64,000 nucleotides of DNA from positions 128,001-192,000 of the forward strand of contig JAULAX010000005.1 of assembly GCA_032654565.1 (NCBI GenBank), read 5' to 3'. Below the pieces are notes generated by a model. The model saw only the letters and a list, made by a program, of their open reading frames with translations. It was not told where the DNA came from and searched no databases. The DNA is from Anaeromyxobacteraceae bacterium (GTDB taxonomy: Bacteria > Myxococcota > Myxococcia > Myxococcales > Anaeromyxobacteraceae). Position numbers and translations under genes: made by a program. Below are positions 22,485 through 31,802 of the stretch, one piece after another (position 1 is the stretch's first letter; each line of letters starts with the position of its first letter).

Positions 22485-23234
22485 TCAGCGCCCGGTGGCG
22501 CGGGTCACGGTGGTGCCGATCTCCTCGCCCAGCACCACCCGGCGGACGTTGCCGCGGATGGTCGAGTCGAAGACGATGATGGGCAGGTCGTTGTCCATGC
22601 ACAGGCTGATGGCGGTGGAGTCCATCACCTTGAGGTTCTTCTTGAGCACGTCGATGTAGCTGAGCGACTTGAACTTGGTGGCGGCCGGGTTCTTCTTGGG
22701 ATCGTCGGTGTAGACCCCGTCCACCTTGGTGGCCTTGAGCAGCACGTCGGCGTGGATCTCCATGGCGCGCAGGCTGGCGGCGGTGTCGGTGGTGAAGTAG
22801 GGGTTGCCGGTGCCGGCGGCGAAGATCACCACCCGCCCCTTCTCGAGGTGGCGGATGGCGCGGCGGCGGATGTACGACTCGGCCACCTGGTGCATCTCGA
22901 TGGCCGACTGGATGCGGGTCTCGACGCCGATCCGCTCCAGGGCGTCCTGCAGCGCCATGGAGTTGATCACCGTGGCCAGCATGCCCATGTAGTCGGCGCT
23001 GCTGCGGTCCATGCCCTCGGTGGCGCCGCTCACCCCGCGGAAGATGTTGCCGCCGCCGATGGTGAGCGCCACCTCCACCTTGAGGTCGACGCAGTCCTTC
23101 ACGTCCTGGGCGATGGCCTGCAGCGTCTTCGGCGAGATGCCGTACTTGCCCTCGCCCATGAGCGCTTCGCCGGAGAGCTTGAGCAGGATGCGCTTGTACC
23201 GGGACTTCGACTTCTCGGGTCGCTCGCTGGGCAT
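22485..23234 (-). CDS. pyrH: Uridylate kinase
   Basis: [35 protein letters not shown]. Confidence 0.97.
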   Translation of the reverse strand: MPSERPEKSKSRYKRILLKLSGEALMGEGKYGISPKTLQAIAQDVKDCVDLKVEVALTIGGGNIFRGVSGATEGMDRSSADYMGMLATVINSMALQDALERIGVETRIQSAIEMHQVAESYIRRRAIRHLEKGRVVIFAAGTGNPYFTTDTAASLRAMEIHADVLLKATKVDGVYTDDPKKNPAATKFKSLSYIDVLKKNLKVMDSTAISLCMDNDLPIIVFDSTIRGNVRRVVLGEEIGTTVTRATGR

Positions 23235-23294
23235 GGTCCGCGGTTTCTGGGTCAGGGTGGTGGGACGGTCCGGGTGCCGGGAATCGGCGGGATT

Positions 23295-25190
23295 CTACTC
23301 GACGGCGGGCGTGGGCGGTGGGCTTCCGGACGGCGCGCCCCCGGAGCTGGCGGGACCCCCGCCTCCGCTGCCTCCACCGCCTCCGCGGCGGCGGCGGCGG
23401 CGCCCCCCGCGGCTGCGACGTGCCGAGGTCCCGGCCTCCGACCCCTCGGCGTGGCCGCCGTGGTCGGCGTGGTCGCCGGGGCCGGCGTCGACGGTGGTGA
23501 TGGCCCCGTGGCCTCCGGCCGGCACCGCCTCGGACGGGCCGGAGTCGCCCCGGCCCATGTCGATGGAGCGGGTCTTCCCCTCGTTCGCCCCCGGTCCTCG
23601 GCCCGGCCCGCGGCCGTGGCCGGGACCGCGGCTCGGACCGCGGCCGTGCCCGCCGTCCCCGCCGTGCGCCTCGTGGGCAGCGTGGCCGTCGTTCGCGACG
23701 GGCGCGTCATGTGCGGCAGGGGCAGCGTGCCCTGACGGTCCGGCGTGCCGGCCCGCCCCTTCGCGGCGGCCGCGCCCTCCGCGCTGGCCGTGTCCGCCCC
23801 CATGACCGCCGCCGCGGCCGGACTCGCGCCCCTCCGGGCGGGGCGGCGGGGGCGGCTGGCGGGCCGCCTCGGCCTTCCAGTGGTGGTAGACGTCCACGCC
23901 GACCCCGGTGGCCTCGACGGTGATCCGCAGCAGCTGCAGGGCGTCGGTGAAGTAGGGCTGGCCGGCCAGGCCGCGGCCGCGCCGGCGGCGACGCGCCTTG
24001 GGGTGCGGCTCGAAGAAGATCGACTGCGCGTGGAGGGCGAGGCGGATGCGCTCCGCCACCTTGCGGGGCAGCCGCGAGGTCCGCACCAGCTCCTCGAGCA
24101 GGAGCTCGGCGGCCGGCGAGGCCCGCAGGCCGGGCGGGGCGTCCTCGCCCTCGGCGGCCTCGTCGGGCAGGTCGTCCTCGCCGCCCGGCGAGGGGGGCGG
24201 GGCGCCCAGGTGGACCAGCAGGGTGCCGAGCAGCACCGCCTCGGAGACCTGCTCGCCCGACCTGGTGAGCCGGTCGAGGGCGCCGAGGTGGGCGATGAAC
24301 CCCTTGCGCTGGGCGTCGTCCCAGCGCTCGTGGGCGGCGGCCAGCGCCGGCAGGATCATGGGCAAGGCGCCGCAGGCCCGCAGCAGCGCGAAGGCCCGGG
24401 CCGACCCGCCGCAGCGGAGCAGCTTGAAGATCTCCTCCAGCACCCGGGCCGGCGCGCAGCGGGCCAGCTCGCCGGCGTGGCGGCGCATGGCCTCGAAGGT
24501 GTCGGGGGCGATGGCGAAGCCGAGCCGGGCGGCGAAGCGGACGGCCCGCAGGGCGCGCACCGGGTCCTCGCGCATGCGCACCTCGGGATCGCCGATGGTG
24601 GACATGCGGTGGGCCTCGAGGTCGGCCCGCCCGCCCACGAAGTCGATCACCTGGCCGGTGGCCGGGTCGTAGAAGAGGCCGTTGACGGTGAAGTCGCGGC
24701 GGACGGCGTCCTCCTCGGCGGTGCCGAAGACGTTGTCCCGGGTGATGAGCAGGTCGCTCTCCTCGCCGGCGTCCTCGATGAGGTCGGTGGGGTTCTTCCG
24801 GAAGGTGGCCACCTCGATGACCTTGCCGTCCCGGAAGTAGACGTGGGCCAGCCGGAAGCGCCGGCCGATGAGCCGGCAGTTGCGGAAGATGGCCCGCACC
24901 TCGCCCGGGTGGGCGTCGGTGGCCAGGTCGTAGTCCTTGGGCGTGACGTCGAGCAGCAGGTCGCGGACGCAGCCGCCCACGAAGTAGGCCTTGTGGCCCA
25001 TGTGGCGCAGCCGGTAGACGATGCGCAGCGCGTCCTGGTCGAGCCGGTCGGGCGCGATCTCCGGATCGACCGGCATGGGGATGGGTGGATCGAGGGCCAG
25101 TCCGGCGGGCGGCGGGCCGCGAGGCGCGTCGTCGTGTTCCTGGTGCTGGCGGGGGGGGCGCTGCGAGGTGCGGCGGTTCTGATCGTTCAT
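23295..25190 (-). CDS. pcnB: Poly(A) polymerase I with long low-complexity C-terminal tail
   Basis: VGGCVRDLL, KDYDLAT, PAP signature LIGRRFRLAHV, RRDFTVNGL, EDPVRALRA. Confidence 0.92.
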   Translation of the reverse strand: MNDQNRRTSQRPPRQHQEHDDAPRGPPPAGLALDPPIPMPVDPEIAPDRLDQDALRIVYRLRHMGHKAYFVGGCVRDLLLDVTPKDYDLATDAHPGEVRAIFRNCRLIGRRFRLAHVYFRDGKVIEVATFRKNPTDLIEDAGEESDLLITRDNVFGTAEEDAVRRDFTVNGLFYDPATGQVIDFVGGRADLEAHRMSTIGDPEVRMREDPVRALRAVRFAARLGFAIAPDTFEAMRRHAGELARCAPARVLEEIFKLLRCGGSARAFALLRACGALPMILPALAAAHERWDDAQRKGFIAHLGALDRLTRSGEQVSEAVLLGTLLVHLGAPPPSPGGEDDLPDEAAEGEDAPPGLRASPAAELLLEELVRTSRLPRKVAERIRLALHAQSIFFEPHPKARRRRRGRGLAGQPYFTDALQLLRITVEATGVGVDVYHHWKAEAARQPPPPPRPEGRESGRGGGHGGGHGQRGGRGRREGAGRHAGPSGHAAPAAHDAPVANDGHAAHEAHGGDGGHGRGPSRGPGHGRGPGRGPGANEGKTRSIDMGRGDSGPSEAVPAGGHGAITTVDAGPGDHADHGGHAEGSEAGTSARRSRGGRRRRRRGGGGGSGGGGPASSGGAPSGSPPPTPAVE

Positions 25191-25431
25191 TCGTTCGCCG
25201 GATCCGGGGGGCGCCCAGCGAGTAGGAAATCCACCCGCCGGAACGCACCGACACCGTCGGGCTCTATCTCCGAGCGAGGTCTTACCGGGTGCCTCGCGGT
25301 GAGTCAAATGCGCGCACCTCGCGAGGCCCGCCAGCGGCGGTCCGTGAGCGGGCGCACGGCGATCGGCGGAGGGATCCCGGTCCCAACTTCCGGCCGCCTC
25401 GCCCGGAGTGCAGGCCGGTGCGCGGACTCCT

Positions 25432-26241
25432 TCAGAACAGCGGCCGCTGCACCGGCCCCTCGCCGAGCGCCTCGCGCACCGGCGCGAAGCTGCGGCGGTG
25501 GAGCTCGCAGGGGCCGAGCCGGCGGAGCGCCTCGAGGTGCTCGGGTGCGCCGTACCCCTTGTGACGGGCGAAGCCGTAGCCCGGGAAGCGGGCCTCGGCC
25601 TCGACCATCAGCGCGTCGCGGGTGGTCTTGGCGATGACCGAGGCGGCGGCGATGGAGAGGCTCCTGGCGTCGCCGTGGACCATCCCCTCCTGCGGCCAGG
25701 GGACGCCCGGCACCCGGCGAGCATCGACCAGCAGGTGCTGCGGCGCCGGGGAGAGGGCCTCGACGGCGCGGCGCATGGCCAGCAGGCCGGCCTGGTAGAC
25801 GTTGAGGGCGTCGACCTCGAGGTGGGTGGCGACGCCGACGCCCCAGGCCACCGCCCCGGCCTTGACCTCGGCCGCCAGCCGGTCGCGGGCCGACTCGTCG
25901 AGCCGCTTCGAGTCGTCGAGGCCGCGCGGGCGCAGGGTGCGCGGCAGGATCACCGCCGCCGCCACCACCGGCCCGGCCAGCGGCCCCACCCCGGCCTCGT
26001 CGACGCCGGCGATCCGCTCCACGCCCGCCTCCCAGAGCGGGGTCTCGAAGACCAGCAGCCGGCGCAGCCGCTGCCCCTCGGCCCGGTTGGCGGCGCGCTG
26101 CCGCTCCACCGCCACCAGCACCGCCCGGGCCCCGGCGCGGGGATCGGCCGCCAGCGCCGCCGCCTCGGCCTCGCCGAGCGGTTCACCGCGGGTGAGGAAG
26201 CGGGCCCGGAGTTCGGCGATGGGGAGGGTGGAGAGATCCAC
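25432..26241 (-). CDS. rnhB: Ribonuclease HII
   Basis: [48 protein letters not shown]. Confidence 0.95.
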   Translation of the reverse strand: MDLSTLPIAELRARFLTRGEPLGEAEAAALAADPRAGARAVLVAVERQRAANRAEGQRLRRLLVFETPLWEAGVERIAGVDEAGVGPLAGPVVAAAVILPRTLRPRGLDDSKRLDESARDRLAAEVKAGAVAWGVGVATHLEVDALNVYQAGLLAMRRAVEALSPAPQHLLVDARRVPGVPWPQEGMVHGDARSLSIAAASVIAKTTRDALMVEAEARFPGYGFARHKGYGAPEHLEALRRLGPCELHRRSFAPVREALGEGPVQRPLF

Positions 26242-26373
26242 GGGGGTGAGCGTAGCAGAGGGGGAGGGGCGGTGGAGCGGGAGCGGGAGGACGAGCGAAC
26301 CATGCCGGCTGCTGCGAGCGCCTGGGCGGCGGTGGCGATCTCTGGACAGTGGCGTCCCTTCCAGAGAAAGCGG

Positions 26374-26379
26374 TGTCAA
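26374..26379 (-). promoter_or_regulatory. Outward-facing -35 hexamer (TTGACA) at the IS right end
   Basis: Perfect TTGACA 17 nt from the inferred end; pairs with CATCAT (27949-27944) only after circularisation. Confidence 0.65.
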
Positions 26380-26547
26380 GGGCACACCTCTCCATGTCCC
26401 TGACGTCTTCGCCTTCGACGCCGGGCGGTTCGTTCGCGTTCAGGACGACGGCCGTGGCCGGTCGCCGGCTCCGCGTGGCCGGCGGGTCGTGAGTCCACGG
26501 CGCCACTTGCTCAGTGATGCGATGGTCGAGTTTCAGCGCGTCGAATT

Positions 26548-26710
26548 CGAAGCAGGTTCGTGCTTCCCGAAATGGGGAGCACCACACTTCCAGCAGGGCC
26601 TCTGATGGCCATTGCTTCGTTGGGTGCTTCGAGGGGGCATAGCCTCTTGGAAGGGCCTCCACGGCGCGGCCGTGGTGCCAAGTGACGTGCGGATACTCTC
26701 CCTCGAACCT
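26548..26710 (-). ncRNA. Putative bridge/seek RNA in the 3' non-coding end of the IS
   Basis: Stem TTCGAGGG (26707-26700)/CCCTCGAA (26635-26628) with inner CCACGGC/GCCGTGG hairpin; second stem CGAAGCA/TGCTTCG; internal segments match the target flanks and the donor end. RNA boundaries are approximate. Confidence 0.7.
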
Positions 26711-26763
26711 TTCGCGCGCAGCGACATCGGCGGCTTCATTGAGCAGGCAGCGCTCTGGCCGTA

Positions 26764-27828
26764 TCACGCCTGCGCGGATGTCTTCGACTGGTGCTTCTTC
26801 GTGTCGTAGGCCTCCTCGTGTTTCCACATCGCCAGCACCGCCGCCGAGATGCGGCGGGCCATCGTCACCATCGCGAGATTGGGCTTCAGCCCTCGCTCGA
26901 GCAGTCGCTGGTAGTCGGCGTGGAGTGGGTGGCTCGTCATCCGGTAGGCCACCAGGTGAGCGGCACCCTTGAAGACCTCCTTGAGCGTGCCGCAGCGATT
27001 CCGGTTGAGGCCGCGCGACTGCTGCGTTTGAGCTCGTACCCACTTGCCGTTCCGGTCCTTCACCCAGTCCGCCGACGAGCGAGTCACGATGCTGAGGCCG
27101 CAGTAGGCCCAGAACTGCCGCTTGGTGCGGAAGCGCTGCGGCGTCACCACCGTCGCCACGATCTGAGCCGAGCGGATGGGGCCAATGGCAGGCGCGGTCG
27201 CAAGCAGCTTGACGATCCGGTGCTGCTTCGACGCCTCGTGCAGGCGTTCCTCCGCCTGGCTCCAGAGCGTCTCCAGCACCTTCAACTCCGCCAGAAAGAC
27301 TTCCGCAGACCGCTGATGCTGCCTCGGTAGGTGCGCCGTCCAGGCCGCGTGCTCCTGCTCGCGGAAGGCCTCTCCGCCCGGTGGCATCAGGCCGCGCGAT
27401 CGGAAGAGCGCCTTGAGCCGGTTCTTGGTTCGCGCCACATCGCTCCGCAGCATCTCGTAGCTCCGGACCGCCGCGCGCAGCTCCGAGTACGGTCCCACGC
27501 CCTTGTAGACTCGGCGCAGGCTGTGGCCCGTCCGCAAGATCTCGGCCAGGGCTGCGGCGTCCCGCGCGTCGTCCTTCGCGCCGGGCCTCTTCCCCGGCAT
27601 CACAACCACCACGTCCTCGGCTTCGCCCCGAAGCAGTTCGTACAGCCAGGCACTCTGCGTGCCCTCTTCCAGGCAGATGCGCTTCTCTCCGGGGATCCCC
27701 CTCAGGACCTGCTTCAGCGCAGCTCCATTGGTCTCCACGACCTCTTGCCTCAGATGCTTGCCGGTCGCGCTCAGCACCACCAGGGTGCAACTCTGAGCAT
27801 GCACATCCAGTCCGATGTACCGTTCCAT
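26764..27828 (-). CDS. IS110-family DEDD transposase/recombinase
   Basis: YIGLDVH, CLEEG, KDDARDA (DEDD); TAPAIGPIRSA, YCGLSIVTRSS (candidate catalytic Ser), MARR; AGGAGG RBS. Confidence 0.95.
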   Translation of the reverse strand: MERYIGLDVHAQSCTLVVLSATGKHLRQEVVETNGAALKQVLRGIPGEKRICLEEGTQSAWLYELLRGEAEDVVVVMPGKRPGAKDDARDAAALAEILRTGHSLRRVYKGVGPYSELRAAVRSYEMLRSDVARTKNRLKALFRSRGLMPPGGEAFREQEHAAWTAHLPRQHQRSAEVFLAELKVLETLWSQAEERLHEASKQHRIVKLLATAPAIGPIRSAQIVATVVTPQRFRTKRQFWAYCGLSIVTRSSADWVKDRNGKWVRAQTQQSRGLNRNRCGTLKEVFKGAAHLVAYRMTSHPLHADYQRLLERGLKPNLAMVTMARRISAAVLAMWKHEEAYDTKKHQSKTSAQA

Positions 27829-27985
27829 GGGCGTCCTCCTTCGGTTGGGACCTCGCAATCTCAACCCTGCCACTTCGTGGCAGAGGAGGGCGCCCTTCAC
27901 CCGTCTGGTCCGGTCGGCCCTGGAGCTTCAGCGCCATCTTTCTATGATGCCTCTTGGGTTCCACGGGCGTTCGCGACCCCGGAAA

Positions 27986-28013
27986 TGTCAGACCCTCATG
28001 AGACGCTCCGTGA
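27986..28013 (+). promoter_or_regulatory. PafBC/RecA-NDp-like leaderless promoter candidate, TGTCAG-N10-GACGCT-N6-ATG
   Basis: Motif and spacing resemble the actinobacterial TGTCGG-N10-TA-N3-T; no SD before ATG 28014. Confidence 0.4.
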
Positions 28014-29216
28014 ATGACCAACGCGCACCCGACCCTGTCTCCGGCCGCGGCTTCCGCTCACGCTCCGGCCAGCCGTCCTCTCGAACTCTGTGAGGCCCGG
28101 CGGCTCCGCGATTCACTCAAGACCCTGCTCCGAACAGAGCAGACCGCCATGGCCGACTTCCTCGTCGCCTTGGCCGACTTCGATCGGCGGCGTGGATGGG
28201 AGGCCCTGGGGCATGCAAGCCTGTTCGCCTTCCTCAACGTGGAGTTGGGGCTGACGCCGGCTCCGACCTACTGGCGGATCGAAGCCGCACGCCTGCTCCA
28301 GCGCTTCCCCGACCTGGTCGATCTGGTTCGGCAGGGAAGGCTGTGCCTGACCACCATCGGTGAGCTGGCCAAGGTCCTGACGGTGGAGAACTGCTCAGCC
28401 GTGTTGCCGCGCTTCCTGGGCATCTCCTCCCGTGAGGCCAAGGAAATCGTGGCCGAACTGCAGCCCAGAGCGGCGCCGCCGATGCGGACGGTGATCACCC
28501 CGCTGGCCCCGGTCTGCCATGCGGGGCAGTCTCCGGCCATCGTTTCCCTGCCCCTCGCGGCAGCGTCGGTCGCGAAGGTGGGGGCGTGGGCGCGAGGGCC
28601 TGCGGTCGACACGGACCCTGGGTCGCTTTGGGCGCCCAATGTGGAACCGGCCGCCCCCGCCCCGGTGGCGCCTCGTCGGGACGAGGTCCACCCCCTCACC
28701 GCCGAGTTGAGCCGGCTCAGCACCACGGTCAGCCGCGGTTTCCTCCAGAAGCTCAAGACCGCTCGCGCCGGCCTCGGCCACGCCATCCCCGGCGCCACGA
28801 CGGAGCAAGTGCTCGAAGCGGCACTCGACCTGCTGCTCGAGAAGCAGGCCAGGGCGCGCGGCCAGGTGAAGCGGCCGCGGGCGGTGCTGCAAGTCTCGAC
28901 CGAGACCTCGACCACGACCGGACCGCCGCCTCACCGTAGAGAGGGCGAGCGTGAGGCCATCCCCGCGTCCGTGCGCCGCGCCGTCTGGGCGCGCGACGCC
29001 GGCCGCTGCTCCTGGCCGCTCGACGGAGGCGGCACCTGCAGTTCGACGCACCGGTTGGAGCTGGACCACATCGTCCCGTGGGCGGAGTGGGGCGGGGAGA
29101 CGGAGGCCAGCCTCCGCCTGGTCTGCGCGGTTCACAACCGGCTGGCGGCGCGGCAGGTGTTCGGGGAGCGGTGGATGGGGAGGTACGGGGGAGGATCAGC
29201 CGCGCGTCCTGGCTAG
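28014..29216 (+). CDS. HNH endonuclease with long N-terminal (DUF222-like) region
   Basis: IPASVRRAVWARDAGRC...C...LELDHIVPW..GG...LRLVCAVHN; N-terminal LADFDRRRGWEALGHASLFAF. Confidence 0.85.
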   Translation: MTNAHPTLSPAAASAHAPASRPLELCEARRLRDSLKTLLRTEQTAMADFLVALADFDRRRGWEALGHASLFAFLNVELGLTPAPTYWRIEAARLLQRFPDLVDLVRQGRLCLTTIGELAKVLTVENCSAVLPRFLGISSREAKEIVAELQPRAAPPMRTVITPLAPVCHAGQSPAIVSLPLAAASVAKVGAWARGPAVDTDPGSLWAPNVEPAAPAPVAPRRDEVHPLTAELSRLSTTVSRGFLQKLKTARAGLGHAIPGATTEQVLEAALDLLLEKQARARGQVKRPRAVLQVSTETSTTTGPPPHRREGEREAIPASVRRAVWARDAGRCSWPLDGGGTCSSTHRLELDHIVPWAEWGGETEASLRLVCAVHNRLAARQVFGERWMGRYGGGSAARPG

Positions 29217-29259
29217 ACGCCGGCGCGGCCTGGAGGGCGCCCGATTGCGGATGGCGGCG

Positions 29260-30099
29260 CTATTGCTGGCAGCGACGGCACCAGTAGGTCGACCGCCCCG
29301 CCTGCACCAGCCGGGCGACGGTGCCGCCGCAGCCGGCGTGGCGGCAGCGGGCGCCGGCCCGCTCGTAGACGTGGAACGGGTTCTCGCCCCCCGCTTCCAC
29401 CAGCACCAGCGGCCCATCGCCGAGCGCTTCGAGCCCGGCCAGCCCAAAGCGGAGCGAGGCGCGCACCGCCCGGGCCAGCCGCGCCACCTCGGCAGCCGAG
29501 AGCGAGTCGCCGCGCCGGCGCGGGTCGAGCCGGGCCCGCCAGCAGGCCTCGGCGGCGTGGATGTTGCCGACCCCGGCCAGCAGCGACTGGTCGAGCAGCG
29601 CCACCTTGACGGCGCGCCGGGTGGCGGCGAGCCGGGCGCGCAGCCGGCCGAGATCGATGGGCGCCGCCATGGGGTCGGGCCCCAGCGCCGCCAGCTCCGG
29701 CCAGCGGTCGAAGCGGGCCCCCGGCACCAGCCGGAGCCGCCCGAACATGCGCGGGTCGGTGTAGTGGACCCGGGCGCCGTCGTCGAGGTTGAGCGTCAGC
29801 CGGGCGTGGCGCGGCGCCGGCTGGTCGCCTTCGAGCCGCACCCACGCGCCGGTCATGCCGAGGTGGGCGTTGACGCCGAGCGGTCCGCGCCCGGCCTCGA
29901 GCGTGAGCAGGAGCTGCTTGCCGTGGCGGGCCACCGAGGCCACCCGGGCGCCGGTGAGGGCCCGGGCGAAGCCGGCCGGCGTGCCGGGCCGGAAGAGCCG
30001 GCGGGCCCGCGCATCGCAGGCCACCGCCGCCAGCCGACGCCCGCCGAGCCAGCGGCGCAGCTGGCGCGCCGCCCACTCCACCTCGGGCAGCTCGGGCAC
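29260..30099 (-). CDS. mutM: Formamidopyrimidine-DNA glycosylase (Fpg/Nei)
   Basis: MPELPEVE, RHGK, HLGMTG, DPRMFG, LLDQSLLAGVGNI, C-terminal zinc finger. Confidence 0.92.
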   Translation of the reverse strand: MPELPEVEWAARQLRRWLGGRRLAAVACDARARRLFRPGTPAGFARALTGARVASVARHGKQLLLTLEAGRGPLGVNAHLGMTGAWVRLEGDQPAPRHARLTLNLDDGARVHYTDPRMFGRLRLVPGARFDRWPELAALGPDPMAAPIDLGRLRARLAATRRAVKVALLDQSLLAGVGNIHAAEACWRARLDPRRRGDSLSAAEVARLARAVRASLRFGLAGLEALGDGPLVLVEAGGENPFHVYERAGARCRHAGCGGTVARLVQAGRSTYWCRRCQQ

Positions 30100-30194
30100 C
30101 TAGCGCCCCCCTCGGTGCCGGCAGCCTCGCGCCGGTGCCGGTCCTGCCGCGCTCGCCGGCACCGAACCGCTCACCGCGCCCGCCGGCACCACGG

Positions 30195-31745
30195 TCAGCC
30201 CTTGCGCCGGGTGAACGCCGCCATGAAGAAGCCGTCGGTGCCGTGGCGGTGGGGGAGCAGCTGCAGGGTGTGGCCGTCGACGCCCAGCGCGGCGGCCCGC
30301 TCGGCCCCCAGCAGCGGCAGGAGCGGCGCCGGGTCGAAGGGGAGCGTGGCGGCGATGAACTCCGCCACCGCCCCGTTCTCGGTCCGGCCGATGGCGCAGG
30401 TGGCGTAGACCAGCCGCCCGCCCGGCTTCACCAGGCGTGAGAAGCGCTCCGCCAGCGACTTCTGCAGCGCCGCGAACTTCTCCGGGTCGCCGGGGGCCAG
30501 CCGCCAGCGGGCGTCGGGCTTGCGCCGCAGCGTCCCCAGCCCGCTGCACGGGGCGTCGATGAGCACCACGTCGGCCTGCCCGGCCAGGTCCTCGAGCTGG
30601 GCGTCGGCCGCCCCGTCGGCGGCGATGGCCCGGACCCGCAGGTTGTCGACGCCATCGCGCCGGGCCCGGCGCCGCGCCTCCTCGAGCCGCCCGGCGTCGG
30701 AGTCGAGCGCCCAGAGCGTGCCGCGGTTGCGCATCTCGGCGGCCAGCGCCAGCGACTTGCCGCCGGCCCCGGCGCAGGCGTCCACCACGGTCCAGCCGGA
30801 GCGGGCCCCGCAGCACAGGGCGATGAGCTGCGAGCCCTCGTCCTGGATCTCGAAGCGGCCGGCCTTGAAGCTGGGCAGGGCGAAGGCGTTGCGGTGGCCG
30901 TCGAGCGTCAGCCCCCAGGGGCTGAAGCGGGTCGGGGTGGCCTCGGTCCCCTCGGCGGCCAGCGTCGCCCGCAGCTCGTCGCGGGTGCCGCGCAGCAGGT
31001 TGGCGCGCACGGTGAGCGGGGCCCGCTCGTTGAGCACGCTGACCAGGGCCACCGCCTCGGCCTCGCCCAGCTCCTCGACGAAGCGGCGGGCCAGCCAGAA
31101 GGGGAGCGAGCCGCGCAGCGCCAGCCGCTCGACCGGGTCGGTGAGCGCCGCCAGCCGGCCCTCGGCCCCGGCCAGGCCGCGCAGCGCCGCCGCCGGGACC
31201 GCCAGCCGCCGCGCCGCCACGTCGGCGGTGGAATCGCCGAAGCGGACCAGCCAGCCGGCGTAGCGGGTGGCCAGCGACGGCGGGGCGCCGCCCGGGCCGG
31301 CCAGCAGCCAGTCGAGCTGCCCCTGCCAGCGGGTGATGCCGTAGACCGACTCGGCCACCGCCCGCCGCTCGGCGGCGAAGAGGCGCGACTCGCGCAGCGC
31401 CCGCTCCAGCGCCCGGTCGGCCAGCCAGCCCTGGTCGTGGACCAGCCCGTGGACCTGCAGCACCGAGGCGTCGATCTGGTCGAGCCGGAGGGGGCGGCTG
31501 GCGGGGTCGGTCTCGACCCGCTCGACGCGGCGCCCGCGGCGAGGAGCCTCGGCGCCGAGGCCGCGCGGCTTCTTGCCGTGGCCACCCTTGCGGCTCCCCT
31601 GCCCGCGCTGCCCGCCCCGCCCGGCGGCGCCGCCGGCGCTGGCGCCACGCGGTGAGCCGGCGCGGACCGGCGCCTTGCCGTGCCCCCGGCCGTGCCCGGT
31701 CCCGGTCTTCACCTTGCTGCCGCCGCTCTTCTTCTCGCTGGTCAC
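30195..31745 (-). CDS. RsmB/NOP family RNA m5C methyltransferase
   Basis: QDEGSQL, DACAGAGGKS, DAPCSGLGTLRR, LVYATC, TDGFF. Confidence 0.92.
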   Translation of the reverse strand: MTSEKKSGGSKVKTGTGHGRGHGKAPVRAGSPRGASAGGAAGRGGQRGQGSRKGGHGKKPRGLGAEAPRRGRRVERVETDPASRPLRLDQIDASVLQVHGLVHDQGWLADRALERALRESRLFAAERRAVAESVYGITRWQGQLDWLLAGPGGAPPSLATRYAGWLVRFGDSTADVAARRLAVPAAALRGLAGAEGRLAALTDPVERLALRGSLPFWLARRFVEELGEAEAVALVSVLNERAPLTVRANLLRGTRDELRATLAAEGTEATPTRFSPWGLTLDGHRNAFALPSFKAGRFEIQDEGSQLIALCCGARSGWTVVDACAGAGGKSLALAAEMRNRGTLWALDSDAGRLEEARRRARRDGVDNLRVRAIAADGAADAQLEDLAGQADVVLIDAPCSGLGTLRRKPDARWRLAPGDPEKFAALQKSLAERFSRLVKPGGRLVYATCAIGRTENGAVAEFIAATLPFDPAPLLPLLGAERAAALGVDGHTLQLLPHRHGTDGFFMAAFTRRKG

Positions 31746-31802
31746 GGCGCCACTCTACCCGAACGGCCCGGGCGGCTCGTCCCCGCGGGCCGGGAGGGGC
31801 TC

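Larger units (their letters stand above)
26357..27952 (-). mobile_element. IS110/IS1111-family insertion sequence, about 1.6 kb
   Basis: DEDD recombinase gene; visibly lower GC than flanking genes; long 3' non-coding end; AGG shared at both inferred ends; TTGACA just inside the right end. Boundaries inferred, plus or minus a few bp. Confidence 0.85.

Noticed and set aside
26648..26655. CCCTTCCA in the IS RNA, complementary to TGGAAGGG at the right junction, as an extra guide
   Set aside because: It overlaps the CCAAGAGG match and spans the element/flank junction, which exists in neither donor nor target substrate; treated as probably coincidental.
26183..28021. 612-aa ORF spanning the IS
   Set aside because: Off-frame overlap with the transposase and the structured non-coding end; no recognisable motifs.
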